A DNA stretch of 64,000 nt from Methanobacteriota archaeon (GTDB taxonomy: Archaea; Thermoplasmatota; Poseidoniia; Poseidoniales; Thalassarchaeaceae), in assembly GCA_028355015.1 (NCBI GenBank), contig JAOMRN010000001.1:193229-257228 (forward strand), read 5' to 3'. Below the pieces are notes generated by a model. It made no database searches. It saw nothing but the letters and a program-made list of their open reading frames with translations, and was not told the DNA's origin. Made by a program: the position numbers and the translations under genes. Positions 54,203 through 64,000 of the stretch are shown here, one piece after another (the stretch's first letter is position 1; the number at the start of each line of letters is the position of its first letter).

Positions 54203-54505
54203 ATGAATAACAAAAATAAAATGAGTGGATTAAGTCTGTTACTAGCATTATCGTCAGTTGTGATGATTGCGAGTGGCGTTCAGGCAGAAGCAAACGAACA
54301 AACAGTAGAAGCATATGCGAACATAGGTGCAGGAATCGCCCTAGGTTTAGCAGGAATTGGAACTGGCCTAAGTCAAGGACCAATCGGTGCAGCAGCTGTT
54401 GGTATGATTGCAGAAGATAGCAGTAAGTTCGTTAACGGACTAATCTTCACAGCTCTACCTGAGACAATCGTTCTTTTCGGATTCCTTGCATTATTCTTGC
54501 TCTGA
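54203..54505 (+). CDS. atpK: A-type ATP synthase proteolipid subunit K (c), single hairpin with an N-terminal hydrophobic leader
   Basis: GAGIALGLAGIGTGLSQGPIGAAAVG and IFTALPETIVLFGFL. GGAGG lies 8 nt upstream of the ATG at 54203; the track ORF starts far upstream inside atpI. Confidence 0.85.
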   Translation: MNNKNKMSGLSLLLALSSVVMIASGVQAEANEQTVEAYANIGAGIALGLAGIGTGLSQGPIGAAAVGMIAEDSSKFVNGLIFTALPETIVLFGFLALFLL

Positions 54506-54560
54506 GCAGAATTGTGTAGGTTCGTATAAATGATTAATTAAAAACACGAGGTGTAATGAA

Positions 54561-55118
54561 ATGACATTGGATGCATTAGCAAACGAAATCGCGGCTCAAG
54601 CGAAAGCTGAAGCTGAATCGATTATCGCAGCCGCTAAGCAACAAGCTAAAGAAATTGAGGGTGAAGCAAAAGCAGTAGCTTCTTCTTTCTCCTCAGATAT
54701 GAAAGCACGTGCTGAGCGAGAGAGCGCCCAGTTGTCAGTAGAAGTAGTAGCATCAGCTAAACAAGCAAACCAGAAGCATCTTCTAATCGCTAGACGCGAA
54801 GAATTGGATGAGACCTGGAATTCAATACGTGTATCGGTGGCGTCACCAGATCTCAAAGGTCGTTCTGATGTCCTAAGTGCACTTTTAGCTGAAGCGAGCA
54901 AATCTGGAGAAGGAATGTTACTTCGTCCAGTTTCGACTGATCGCAAAGCGCTTGAAAAAGGGAATTTTTCTCTTGGTGACGACGTTGAAGGATTAGGGGG
55001 CTTTGTCCTTGAATCTAAAGACGGTTCAATAGTACTTGACTATCGATTTGATAGTCGTCTAGAAGAAGCTTGGAATGCTAATCTAGGTACTGTAAATAAA
55101 ACTTTATTTGGTAATTAA
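54561..55118 (+). CDS. atpE: A-type ATP synthase subunit E
   Basis: Long Ala/Glu/Lys N-terminal helix plus a globular C-terminus. Supported by operon position; GAGGTG precedes the start. Confidence 0.85.
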   Translation: MTLDALANEIAAQAKAEAESIIAAAKQQAKEIEGEAKAVASSFSSDMKARAERESAQLSVEVVASAKQANQKHLLIARREELDETWNSIRVSVASPDLKGRSDVLSALLAEASKSGEGMLLRPVSTDRKALEKGNFSLGDDVEGLGGFVLESKDGSIVLDYRFDSRLEEAWNANLGTVNKTLFGN

Positions 55119-55129
55119 TTGGTGAAAAT

Positions 55130-56185
55130 ATGACTGGAATAGTAAGTGGCCGTTCTAATATTTACAACGCTTCAGCTCGCGCTAAAGCACGTAAGGCTTC
55201 TCTAATTGATCCCACCCGTATGCGACAATTGTTGCAATTAGGCCCGGAATCAATTGGTGCAAGTATTGGTGAGCTAGGATATCGTTCTGAAATGGATATA
55301 TATTCCGCTCGTATGGACGGGGCTGATGCAGTAGAAGCTGCACTTTTCCACAATCTTGATAATGATCTATCTGAGGTAATGAGATTCTGTCAAGGGCCTC
55401 TTAAATCAATAGTTTCAGTCTATGTTGAACGTTTCTCTTATGAGAAGGCAAAGACCGTTCTCCGTGCAGTTAACGGCGGATGTTCAGATGAATTAATTGA
55501 ATCACAAATTCTTCCTTCTGAAAATCCTAAAAATTCATTATGGCTTGAAATTGTTAGGAATACAGAGACAGTTGCAGAAGCAGCTGGTGCAATGGCAGGT
55601 ACGCCTTGGGGCAAGGAATTAGGTAAATTAGAAGGTACTGAATCAACACTAGAAGAAATGGAAGATGCATTGGATCGACAATACTACAATCACGCTTTGA
55701 AAGTTTCTCGAGGAAAGGATTCCAGTATCCATCTAATGAAGTATATCAGAACCGAGATCGACCATCGAAATATAATCAATCAATTCCGTGAACTACGTCA
55801 AAATATTTCTCCAGACAAACGTTTACAGATGGTTATTTCAGGCGGTCGTATTCAGAACTCAGTAATGGCACAAGCGTCCCAAGCAACATCTCAGGAAGCG
55901 ATAGTAGATGCTCTTCGCCGTAGCAACTCATTTGATGATGAGGGCTTCGATGAAGCACTTCAACAGTCAAAAGTCACGGGTTCTTTAGATCCAATAGCAT
56001 CTCTTTTGACACATAAAAGACATGCGATGCTAAAGCGTTTCGCGTATCTTAATCCGGTGTCATCATTCCCAGTAATTTACTATATCGAGCGTAAAGTGCT
56101 CGAAATACAAAATCTTCGTCTTCTTGTGCGTGGGAAGACGATTGGCCTCACATCAGAGGTATTAGAAGCGCATATGGATTTTTGA
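55130..56185 (+). CDS. atpC: A-type ATP synthase subunit C
   Basis: 351-aa helical protein at the conserved position between E and F. Confidence 0.85.
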   Translation: MTGIVSGRSNIYNASARAKARKASLIDPTRMRQLLQLGPESIGASIGELGYRSEMDIYSARMDGADAVEAALFHNLDNDLSEVMRFCQGPLKSIVSVYVERFSYEKAKTVLRAVNGGCSDELIESQILPSENPKNSLWLEIVRNTETVAEAAGAMAGTPWGKELGKLEGTESTLEEMEDALDRQYYNHALKVSRGKDSSIHLMKYIRTEIDHRNIINQFRELRQNISPDKRLQMVISGGRIQNSVMAQASQATSQEAIVDALRRSNSFDDEGFDEALQQSKVTGSLDPIASLLTHKRHAMLKRFAYLNPVSSFPVIYYIERKVLEIQNLRLLVRGKTIGLTSEVLEAHMDF

Positions 56186-56195
56186 GGTAGATAAT

Positions 56196-56495
56196 ATGGA
56201 AATAGCAGTAGTCGGTTCCCTTGATTTTACCCTTGGTTTCCAACTTGCAGGTGTTTTGAGATTACACAACCCTGCTAATCTAGATGAGTTGACTTCAACA
56301 ATGAAGTCTCTATTAAATGAAAAAGAAGTAGGAGTTGTTGTAATTGATAACTCCGATTTATTACAGCTTCCGGAAAGATTGCGAGTGCAACTATCCGAAA
56401 GTATCACACCCACTGTATTGGGTATTGGGACCGAAGAGGATAATACCCTCAGAGAGTCCATCAAATCGGCCCTAGGAGTCGACTTGTGGAAGTAA
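56196..56495 (+). CDS. atpF: A-type ATP synthase subunit F
   Basis: [20 protein letters not shown] is typical of subunit F. Confidence 0.88.
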   Translation: MEIAVVGSLDFTLGFQLAGVLRLHNPANLDELTSTMKSLLNEKEVGVVVIDNSDLLQLPERLRVQLSESITPTVLGIGTEEDNTLRESIKSALGVDLWK

Positions 56496-56530
56496 ATCCT
56501 AGAAAAAAAAATAAAGGAAGTGAATTAAAA

Positions 56531-58273
56531 ATGAGTGAAGAAAATGGAGTGATTTATCGCATCTCTGGACCAGTTGTAACCGCAGTAGGAATTTCGCCAA
56601 GAATGTATGAAGTTGTGCGAGTAGGTGATGAAGGTTTAATGGGAGAAGTTATTGAATTACACGGCGAACAATCAGTTATTCAGGTATATGAGGAAACCTC
56701 GGGTGTCAGACCTGGTGAACCGGTTATTAGAACTGGGCAAACCTTGTCTGTTCAACTAGGACCAGGTCTTTTAACTAAGATTTATGATGGTATTCAGAGA
56801 CCTCTACCTGAACTTGAGAAGACCATGGGTGTTTTCATCAAAAGAGGAGTCGATGCAGATGGTTTAGATCTAGAAAAGAATTGGGATTTCAAAGCAACCG
56901 CTAAGGCTGGAGACTCAGTTACGTCAGGAGATGTTATTGGGACAGTCCAAGAAACAAAGACTATTGAACATAGAGTTATGGTTCCTCCGGGCACCTCTGG
57001 TGTGATCAAGAGCATTAGTTCTGGAGAATTTAATGTGACTCAAACTGTTTGTACTTTAGAAGATGGAAATGAAATTCAGATGATGCAAAAATGGCCAGTC
57101 CGTACTCCACGTCCGTTTACAAAGAAACACGCTCCAGAGGTTCCTTTACAAACAGGTCAGAGAATTCTTGATTTCCTTTTCCCTCTAGCTAAGGGAGGGA
57201 CAGCAGGAATCCCTGGGCCATTTGGTTCAGGTAAGACAGTTACACAACAGCAACTTGCTAAGTGGTCAGATGCAGATATTGTTGTTTACATTGGATGCGG
57301 TGAACGTGGTAATGAGATGACAGAAGTTCTTGATGAATTCCCTCATCTTATGGACCCAAAAACAGGTGAGGCTTTGATGAACAGGACTACCATGATTGCG
57401 AACACATCCAACATGCCTGTTGCAGCCAGAGAAGCTTCAGTTTATACTGGTATTACAATTGCTGAATATTTCAGAGATATGGGCTATGATGTTGCTTTAA
57501 TGGCCGATTCAACTAGTCGTTGGGCTGAAGCAATGAGGGAAATTTCATCCCGTTTAGAAGAGATGCCAGGTGAGGAAGGTTATCCTGCATATCTTTCCAG
57601 CCGTCTCGCAGAATTCTATGAGAGAGCAGGGAGAGTTGAGACTCTTGCCGGGGGAGATGGTTCAGTATCTGTAATAGGTGCAGTTTCACCACCAGGCGGA
57701 GATATTTCAGAACCAGTCAGTCAAGGAACTCTACGTATTGTTAAAGTATTCTGGGGTCTTGATGCAGGTCTTGCACGTCAAAGGCATTTCCCTGCAATTA
57801 ATTGGCTTAATTCATACTCACTATACCCCCCATCACTTGATCAATGGTATAGGGATAATATCAAGAGTGATTTCCCTGAACTTAGAACTGAAATCAGTGC
57901 CTTGCTTCAAGTCGAGGCGGAATTACAAGAAATCGTTCAGTTAGTAGGTTCCGATGCTTTACCAGTCGATCAACAACTAACTCTAGAAGTTGCTCGTATG
58001 ATTAGAGAATTTTTCCTACAACAGAATGCATTCCATGACGTAGATACTTATACCGATTTAAAACTCCAATATACTATGGCCAAGGCTATACTTTCTTTCC
58101 AAGAAGAATCTAAGAAAGCTCTAGCGGGTGGTGCTGCTCTTGAAGATGTAGTTAACGTACCAGCACGTACTGACCTCATGAGAGGAAGGTTCGAATCAGG
58201 TTATGAAGAAAAAATCGATAAAATGTTAGAAACTATGATCAAACAAATTGCCGAGACTATGGAGGATAACTGA
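56531..58273 (+). CDS. atpA: A-type ATP synthase catalytic subunit A
   Basis: GPFGSGKTV (P-loop), [30 protein letters not shown] at 56531 (the track ORF starts upstream, overlapping atpF). No intein. Confidence 0.95.
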   Translation: MSEENGVIYRISGPVVTAVGISPRMYEVVRVGDEGLMGEVIELHGEQSVIQVYEETSGVRPGEPVIRTGQTLSVQLGPGLLTKIYDGIQRPLPELEKTMGVFIKRGVDADGLDLEKNWDFKATAKAGDSVTSGDVIGTVQETKTIEHRVMVPPGTSGVIKSISSGEFNVTQTVCTLEDGNEIQMMQKWPVRTPRPFTKKHAPEVPLQTGQRILDFLFPLAKGGTAGIPGPFGSGKTVTQQQLAKWSDADIVVYIGCGERGNEMTEVLDEFPHLMDPKTGEALMNRTTMIANTSNMPVAAREASVYTGITIAEYFRDMGYDVALMADSTSRWAEAMREISSRLEEMPGEEGYPAYLSSRLAEFYERAGRVETLAGGDGSVSVIGAVSPPGGDISEPVSQGTLRIVKVFWGLDAGLARQRHFPAINWLNSYSLYPPSLDQWYRDNIKSDFPELRTEISALLQVEAELQEIVQLVGSDALPVDQQLTLEVARMIREFFLQQNAFHDVDTYTDLKLQYTMAKAILSFQEESKKALAGGAALEDVVNVPARTDLMRGRFESGYEEKIDKMLETMIKQIAETMEDN

Positions 58274-58285
58274 GAGGTGGTATAA

Positions 58286-59671
58286 ATGACTGGAAAAGAA
58301 TATAGAACAATCACTGACGTAAAGGGGCCTCTTGTGTTCCTAAATAAAACTGAACCTGTTGCCTTTGGAGAGATTGTAGAATTACGTCTAACCGATGGTA
58401 CTTTGAAGAATGGGCAAGTTCTAGATACATCTGACGATCAAGTTATCGTTCAGGTTTTCGAAGGTACTGCTTCAATTGATAAACAAACAGGAATAAAATT
58501 TCTTGGTGACGTGTTTAAGTTACCAGTAAGTACAGATATGATTGGAAGAATCCTTGACGGTGCTGGACGTCCAAGAGACGGCGGACCTGCTATTGTAGCA
58601 GACGAAATGGCAGATATTATTGGTGCTGCTATCAATCCTTATTCACGTCAGAGCCCTGATACATTTATTCAAACTGGAATATCTGCAATCGATGCTTGTA
58701 CTTCATTAGTCCGTGGTCAGAAACTACCTATTTTCAGTGCTTCAGGACTTCCACACAATGATATTGCATTACAAATTGCTAGGCAAGCTAAACTGGTTGA
58801 CAGCGATGATGACTTCGTGGTAGTTTTCTGTGCAATGGGAATCACGGCTGAAGAATACAATTTCTTCGTTCATGATTTAGAAAGAACTGGTGCTTTAGAA
58901 AATGCTTGTCTTTTCGTCAATCTTGCTGACGACCCTGCTGTTGAGAGATTGATTACTCCAAGACTGGCTCTTACTGCTGCTGAATATCTGGCCTTTGAGA
59001 AAGATTATCACGTATTAGTTATCTATACTGATATGACCAACTATTGTGAATCACTTCGTCAAATAGGAGCAGCACGTGAAGAAGTCCCTGGTCGTAGAGG
59101 TTATCCTGGATACATGTATACAGATTTAGCAATGCTATATGAGCGAGCGGGTTTGGTTAAGGGGAAGAAAGGCTCAATAACTCAATTTCCTATATTGACA
59201 ATGCCTGGAGACGATATTACTCATCCTATACCTGATCTTTCTGGATATATTACCGAGGGGCAAATTGTTATTTCTCGTGAGCTTCACCAGAAAGGAATTT
59301 ATCCTCCGATTAACGTCCTACCATCTCTATCCAGACTTATGAATGCAGGAATTGGCGATGGTAAAACTCGTGAAGATCATAAATCAGTTTCTGATCAACT
59401 TTATGCAGCATATGCTCAAGGAAGAGAATTACGTGGTTTAGTGGCAATCGTAGGTGAAGATGCTTTGAATGAGCGTGACTTACAGTTATTGAAGTTCGCA
59501 GACATTTTCGAGAATAAATTCCTTCGACAAAGCCGAGATGAAGACCGTTCAATCTCAGAGGGAACTCTTGATTATGCTTGGGAGCTACTTTCAAATATTG
59601 ACACAAAATATCTTGTACGTCTTGACCAGAAGTGGATTGATAAATATCATCCAACTGACAAAAAAGAATGA
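58286..59671 (+). CDS. atpB: A-type ATP synthase subunit B
   Basis: [63 protein letters not shown]. Confidence 0.95.
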   Translation: MTGKEYRTITDVKGPLVFLNKTEPVAFGEIVELRLTDGTLKNGQVLDTSDDQVIVQVFEGTASIDKQTGIKFLGDVFKLPVSTDMIGRILDGAGRPRDGGPAIVADEMADIIGAAINPYSRQSPDTFIQTGISAIDACTSLVRGQKLPIFSASGLPHNDIALQIARQAKLVDSDDDFVVVFCAMGITAEEYNFFVHDLERTGALENACLFVNLADDPAVERLITPRLALTAAEYLAFEKDYHVLVIYTDMTNYCESLRQIGAAREEVPGRRGYPGYMYTDLAMLYERAGLVKGKKGSITQFPILTMPGDDITHPIPDLSGYITEGQIVISRELHQKGIYPPINVLPSLSRLMNAGIGDGKTREDHKSVSDQLYAAYAQGRELRGLVAIVGEDALNERDLQLLKFADIFENKFLRQSRDEDRSISEGTLDYAWELLSNIDTKYLVRLDQKWIDKYHPTDKKE

Positions 59672-59705
59672 ATAAATTGAAAATTATAGTTAGGAGATGA
59701 GAAAG

Positions 59706-60323
59706 ATGGCACTAGACATCAAACCAACACGCTCAGAACTGATAAATTTGAAGCGTCGGATAAAACAGACTTCAAGTGGATATAATCTCCTTAAAATGAA
59801 GAGAGATGGTTTATTCTTTGAATTCCGTACACTATTGGCTGAAATGATTGCAGCAAGAGAAGAACTTGTAGGGACTTATCGTGACGCATTGAAATCAATT
59901 GCCTTAGCGTCATCTATTGAAGGTGGATTAGCAGTTAAAAGTGCAGCAATTGCCGCTACATCAGGTCCTGAAGTAATGGTGTCAAGAAGAAATATAATGG
60001 GCGTCGTTGTTCCTAAAGTTGAAGGTGCAAATCTTACAACCACTGTTGAAACAAGACCTACTGGAATCATTGGTGGTTCGCCATATATTGATGAATCAGC
60101 TGATTCTTATTCTATCTTAATATCAAAAATTGTCAAGGCAGCAGAAATGGAAGCAACTCTCAAAAGGTTGCTTGAAGAGATTGAAGCAACAAAAAGACGT
60201 GTTAATGCCTTGGAGTTTGTTGTTATTCCTGAAATGAAAGAGGCACAATCATTCATTCAACTAAGATTAGAAGAGATGGAAAGAGAAGAAACATTCCGCC
60301 TTAAGAGATTCAAAAACAAGTAA
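59706..60323 (+). CDS. atpD: A-type ATP synthase subunit D
   Basis: MALDIKPTRSELINLKRRIKQTSSGYNLLKMKRDGL. AGGAG lies 9 nt upstream of the ATG at 59706 (the track start at 59697 abuts the SD). Confidence 0.9.
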   Translation: MALDIKPTRSELINLKRRIKQTSSGYNLLKMKRDGLFFEFRTLLAEMIAAREELVGTYRDALKSIALASSIEGGLAVKSAAIAATSGPEVMVSRRNIMGVVVPKVEGANLTTTVETRPTGIIGGSPYIDESADSYSILISKIVKAAEMEATLKRLLEEIEATKRRVNALEFVVIPEMKEAQSFIQLRLEEMEREETFRLKRFKNK

Positions 60324-60409
60324 TTTTGCATTTCTTTCTGCATAGCAGCACACACGGTTTGATAGGGGGTAATCTATGCTCAGTAGTCAAGTAAGATGGT
60401 GGGGTGACT

Positions 60410-62824
60410 ATGTCTGACAGCAAACCAATTGTTATCGATAAAGAAACTTGGAACCAAAATGAGTTTCTAGAAACTATTTGCAATCGCTATTTTATTATTG
60501 GTAATCAATCTAGTATTGGTAATATCTCATGGGAGATAAATAGTCGTAATGGTGAGGATATTAGCTCAAGTCTAATTCTTCTTAATAAACATCTCAAACC
60601 CTTAAGTTTGATAGGGCTATTAGATGAAGGAAATCCTCCTACTTTGACAATAACAAGGTATCCTGTTGATCCCGTATATGTTCCATTCTGGCAACAGGTA
60701 TTAATTTGGGTGACTATGTTCTCATTTACTACATTAGCAGGCAGTTATTGGATATCTCAGTATGAGATAAGTAACTCAGTGCTGGCATATGAGTCATTAA
60801 AAGAATCGTTTGTATATTTTAGTTTCCCTATTTTCGCTGTCACCATATCGGCTCATCTTTTTAGAAAATATATTGCGTCTCTCTTTGAAGTCGAAGTTGG
60901 TAACTTAGTACCCGTAGCATTTCCTTTGATATCTCCTTTCTGGCCATTTGGAATTGTGGGTATTTTCGGCCAAAAGCGTGTTGACACCATAACATATCCA
61001 ACTCGTCGTTCATTAGGTTTGATTGAATCTTCATCTGCATTTGTATTCTTAATAGGGGGTTCTATATTCTCATTCATAGGTATTTCATTGACCTCTGATT
61101 TACCTCCAGAAATTATATCTGATCCAATACTATTAGAATTAAGCGTTATAGTTGATTTGTTGTCGAATCTATTTATTGATTCGGATATTTCAGTAAGGCT
61201 TCAGTGGGTCCATCCATTAGTGTTAGCAGGTTCAGGATTATCGATAATTGGTTGGATACTTCTACTTCCTATTCCTGGATTCCCAGGGGATCGAATTTTA
61301 CATTCAATAATTGGTCCCAAAAATCTTGAATCAAATGAAAATGAAACATCATTATTCTTAGTAACTCTGGGGGTTATGTGCATAGTTTTCTTAGAAACTA
61401 TATTTTGGCCTTGGTTGATTCTTGCCTCATTAGCTTCTTGGAGAAGATTTAGCGGAGAACATATACCCACTCCCTTGGTAGTTGATGAGGCATTTGGTAT
61501 TGATAAGAAATTCCGAAATACGTTTGCTACAGTGATAGTTGTTGCATTACTACTAGGGTTCCCTGGAGTTCATCCAGTTAAACAAATTTCTAATTTGGAA
61601 GAAGGTTTGGATATATCAAGTTGGGATAATCAGATAGATTACTTAGGCGAAGGAATGAATACCTTGGATTTGTATCCTTCGGGAATAATGCCTGTTTCAG
61701 GAACTATACAAGTTTTAATCGATGGAGATAATGAAAGATGGGATATTGATTCTGAATGTTTTGATGATAAACTAATTTGTTATTTTGAAAATATCAGCCA
61801 AAATAATCATGGGTCATTGGACTTTTCGATTTCAGATAATAATTTAACTGACACTTCTCCTGTGCAATTACGTCTTATCATAGATACTGGAGACTCAACT
61901 AAAGAACATATTATCGCAGTCAAGTACCCTAATGTCACATCACCTGATCCTCTTTGGCACAGAGATAATCAATTTCCTAAAGAAAGAATTTGTATAAATG
62001 TTGAAGTTACTGAAAACCAATCTGGTAATTTGACTGTAAGTTCAAATCCATTCTGGTCAATAGAAAATTCAAGCTTCCTTCCAGAGGGAGTGAATGAATT
62101 ATGTCTCATTTCTGAGAAAGGAGGTTGGGAGTCGTTAAAAATCGGTAATTCTGGAATTTCTGGTTATAGGATGGGGCCTATTGTAGAATTTGAATCTGAT
62201 AATGGTGAAAAAAGAATTTGGAATTTGCCGATTGAAGACTCTTATGTTAATATATTCTTGAATCAAACCACTGGTCTTAGATTAAACCAGGTTACAGATG
62301 GAGTACTATATTCTGATACATTCAGTTCACCATTTTGTCCATCAGAAAATATTATTCCAACATTAGATTCAAATTCTGTAGATAATTTCACTCTTTTGAT
62401 TGGTTCACCAATTATTATTGATGGAGATTATGAGGATAGTAATATATTGATTCCTGAAAGCGGATGGTTGGTAAATTGTGGTGCTGAGAATTCAAAGGCA
62501 TATTATCTGAAATCCGGCTTTGATATAGACATAGACGGTTTAGTAATGAATGACTCAAAATTACCATTCTCAGATTTAACTATTAATTCAAGAGTGGATA
62601 TGGATCTAACTTTAACTCTAGATATATCTAGTAATTTAAGAAATGACTCTGGATTAGAAATCTCATTGCCAGATTTAATTCTTGCAAATGATTCAGTGGA
62701 TATTGGAATTAATCTTAATGAAATAGATAGCGAGGTATGGAGAGTGTTTTGGATTACCCAAGATTCCGAGAGTTTAACTCTACATTTTGCATTAAAATGT
62801 CCTATCGGGGGATGCAACAATTGA
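60410..62824 (+). CDS. Large membrane protein with an M50 (site-2 protease)-like core whose HExxH motif is degenerate, plus a ~400-aa C-terminal extracytoplasmic domain
   Basis: The M50-like layout is ISAHLFRKY (where HExxH is expected, 60854-), then VPVAFPLISPFWPFGIVGIFG, then LLLPIPGFPGDRILHSIIG (compare NLLPxxPLDGG). ATG at 60410. Confidence 0.55.
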   Translation: MSDSKPIVIDKETWNQNEFLETICNRYFIIGNQSSIGNISWEINSRNGEDISSSLILLNKHLKPLSLIGLLDEGNPPTLTITRYPVDPVYVPFWQQVLIWVTMFSFTTLAGSYWISQYEISNSVLAYESLKESFVYFSFPIFAVTISAHLFRKYIASLFEVEVGNLVPVAFPLISPFWPFGIVGIFGQKRVDTITYPTRRSLGLIESSSAFVFLIGGSIFSFIGISLTSDLPPEIISDPILLELSVIVDLLSNLFIDSDISVRLQWVHPLVLAGSGLSIIGWILLLPIPGFPGDRILHSIIGPKNLESNENETSLFLVTLGVMCIVFLETIFWPWLILASLASWRRFSGEHIPTPLVVDEAFGIDKKFRNTFATVIVVALLLGFPGVHPVKQISNLEEGLDISSWDNQIDYLGEGMNTLDLYPSGIMPVSGTIQVLIDGDNERWDIDSECFDDKLICYFENISQNNHGSLDFSISDNNLTDTSPVQLRLIIDTGDSTKEHIIAVKYPNVTSPDPLWHRDNQFPKERICINVEVTENQSGNLTVSSNPFWSIENSSFLPEGVNELCLISEKGGWESLKIGNSGISGYRMGPIVEFESDNGEKRIWNLPIEDSYVNIFLNQTTGLRLNQVTDGVLYSDTFSSPFCPSENIIPTLDSNSVDNFTLLIGSPIIIDGDYEDSNILIPESGWLVNCGAENSKAYYLKSGFDIDIDGLVMNDSKLPFSDLTINSRVDMDLTLTLDISSNLRNDSGLEISLPDLILANDSVDIGINLNEIDSEVWRVFWITQDSESLTLHFALKCPIGGCNN

Positions 62825-63771
62825 GAGTGGCAATCATTGGAGTCGGTTCTATCGGGGGGGTTATTCTTGGTGCTATGGCTGATACAGATGTAGATTTAGT
62901 CTGTATCTCTAGAGGTTCCACTGCAGCAAGTTTGTCTAATCTGGGGTTAGTTTTACACACTCCTGAAGGGAGTATAGAAGTTGTGCCTTCTGAAAGATAT
63001 CTGCTAGTGGATAGTCAAGCTGGTCCTCTTTCAGAGCAGATACGAGGTACCTGCGATATTGCAATAATTTGTGGTAAGACACTGGATACGCCAGCATTAG
63101 CCGAATTAGCATCTGAGGTTCTTACAGAAGATGGGTATGTACTGACAATCCAAAATGGATTGGGTAATGCAGAAATATTAGCTAATAGGATTGGTCGTGA
63201 ACGTGTCTTTGTCGGTTCACTTACCCATGCGGCTTGGCGAAGTAACGAAGGGGAGGTATATTGGGTAGGGAGAGGTAGTATTAATTTTGGTGCATTGAAT
63301 ATACAAGAAAATTTTAGAGCAGAGCCTCTATTAAAAATCCTCAACGACGCTGATCTTAATGCTATATTAAGCGATGATATTCAACAGATTATTTGGAAAA
63401 AATTACTGATTAATGTTGCAATTAATCCAGTTTGTGCTATTGCAGGGGTTCGTAACGGGGCTCTTTTAGAAGTCAATTCACTTTGGCAACAAGCAATGCA
63501 GGCTATGCGTGAAGCTGCTATTGTAGCACGTGCTAGCGGAGTAGATTTAGGCGATATCAAATTAGAAAATTATCTTCGAGAGGTAGTAACTATATCTCCC
63601 GAGAATAGATGCTCGATGCTACAAGATATCATGGCAGGCAGACCTACTGAAATTGATGCTTTGTGTGGCGCAGTTGTTCTAAGGGGTGAGGCAGAAGGAA
63701 TACCAACTCCTTGTAATGCAATATTACATGGTCTTGTCAAAGGTATTGAGAAATCTTCTAAATTTGATTGA
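62812..63771 (+). CDS. panE: 2-dehydropantoate 2-reductase
   Basis: RVAIIGVGSIGGVILG, KLLINVAINPVCAIAG, CSMLQDIMAGRPTEIDALCGAVV. The ATG at 62812 overlaps the upstream stop by 13 nt. Confidence 0.85.
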   Translation: MQQLRVAIIGVGSIGGVILGAMADTDVDLVCISRGSTAASLSNLGLVLHTPEGSIEVVPSERYLLVDSQAGPLSEQIRGTCDIAIICGKTLDTPALAELASEVLTEDGYVLTIQNGLGNAEILANRIGRERVFVGSLTHAAWRSNEGEVYWVGRGSINFGALNIQENFRAEPLLKILNDADLNAILSDDIQQIIWKKLLINVAINPVCAIAGVRNGALLEVNSLWQQAMQAMREAAIVARASGVDLGDIKLENYLREVVTISPENRCSMLQDIMAGRPTEIDALCGAVVLRGEAEGIPTPCNAILHGLVKGIEKSSKFD

Positions 63772-63775
63772 TTAT

Positions 63776-64000
63776 TTATTCTAAGTCCTTATTATAATGT
63801 AAGCCTATATTTTCTTCTCTACCTAATGATGCACTGACTACAATTTTTGCAACTTGAATAAGATTTCTTAGCTCTACTAAATCTTGTGTTGGTTTACATC
63901 TTTCCCAGATAATATTGACTTCATTTTCTAAATGATTGATTCTTCGCTCAGCTCTTTTCAGTCTGTCATTACTTTTTACAATCCCTACGTCCATTGTCAT
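63776..64000 (-). CDS. nadB: C-terminal fragment of L-aspartate oxidase (or a related FAD-dependent succinate dehydrogenase/fumarate reductase flavoprotein); the gene continues beyond the window end
   Basis: ELRNLIQVAKIVVSASLGREENIGLHYNKD closely parallels the NadB C-terminal helix motif ELRN..VA.LI...A..R.ESRG.H...D. The Met at 64000 is probably internal. Confidence 0.65.
   Translation of the reverse strand: MTMDVGIVKSNDRLKRAERRINHLENEVNIIWERCKPTQDLVELRNLIQVAKIVVSASLGREENIGLHYNKDLE

Noticed and set aside
1-64000. CRISPR arrays, cas genes, IS elements, rRNA genes, and inteins in atpA/atpB/rfcS
   Set aside because: No regularly spaced direct repeats or long tandem repeats were seen. No transposase-like ORFs were found, and no intergenic gap is large enough for rRNA or SRP RNA. 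The ATPase and RFC proteins have normal lengths with contiguous motifs.

Overview
The window looks like a low-GC archaeal chromosome segment. The evidence is a complete A1AO ATP synthase operon (atpHIKECFAB-D), RFC small subunit, RPA plus an RPA-associated protein, Pelota, GatD, GGPP synthase with geranylgeranyl reductase, and an intron-containing tRNA with a bulge-helix-bulge junction. Many bacterial-type heterotrophy genes sit alongside: IcmF, acyl-CoA synthetase, the acyl-CoA carboxylase carboxyltransferase subunit, Fhs and RNase PH. This mix fits an uncultured marine planktonic euryarchaeon, but that is inference only. Most of the window is housekeeping. The stand-out is an AT-richer accessory block at about 2.1-10.5 kb between icmF and a LysE-family exporter. 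It encodes a 76-aa ThiS/MoaD/ubiquitin-like protein ending in GG-Q, then one polypeptide fusing an E1-like adenylation domain to a JAMM/MPN+ metalloprotease, and a translationally coupled 77-aa acidic protein. It also holds a divergent TFB paralogue, two co-linear paralogous ~560-aa zinc-ribbon proteins of unknown function, a double zinc-ribbon protein and a membrane protein. No E2-like ORF, rhodanese domain or cofactor-biosynthesis gene is nearby. A second AT-rich block downstream of tRNA-Met (24.5-31 kb) encodes envelope proteins and proteases. Everything here was read by eye from the sequence and the ORF track. No database search, structure prediction or statistics were run, so family assignments rest on motifs I recognised. 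Start codons are often uncertain because the ORF track also uses TTG/GTG starts.
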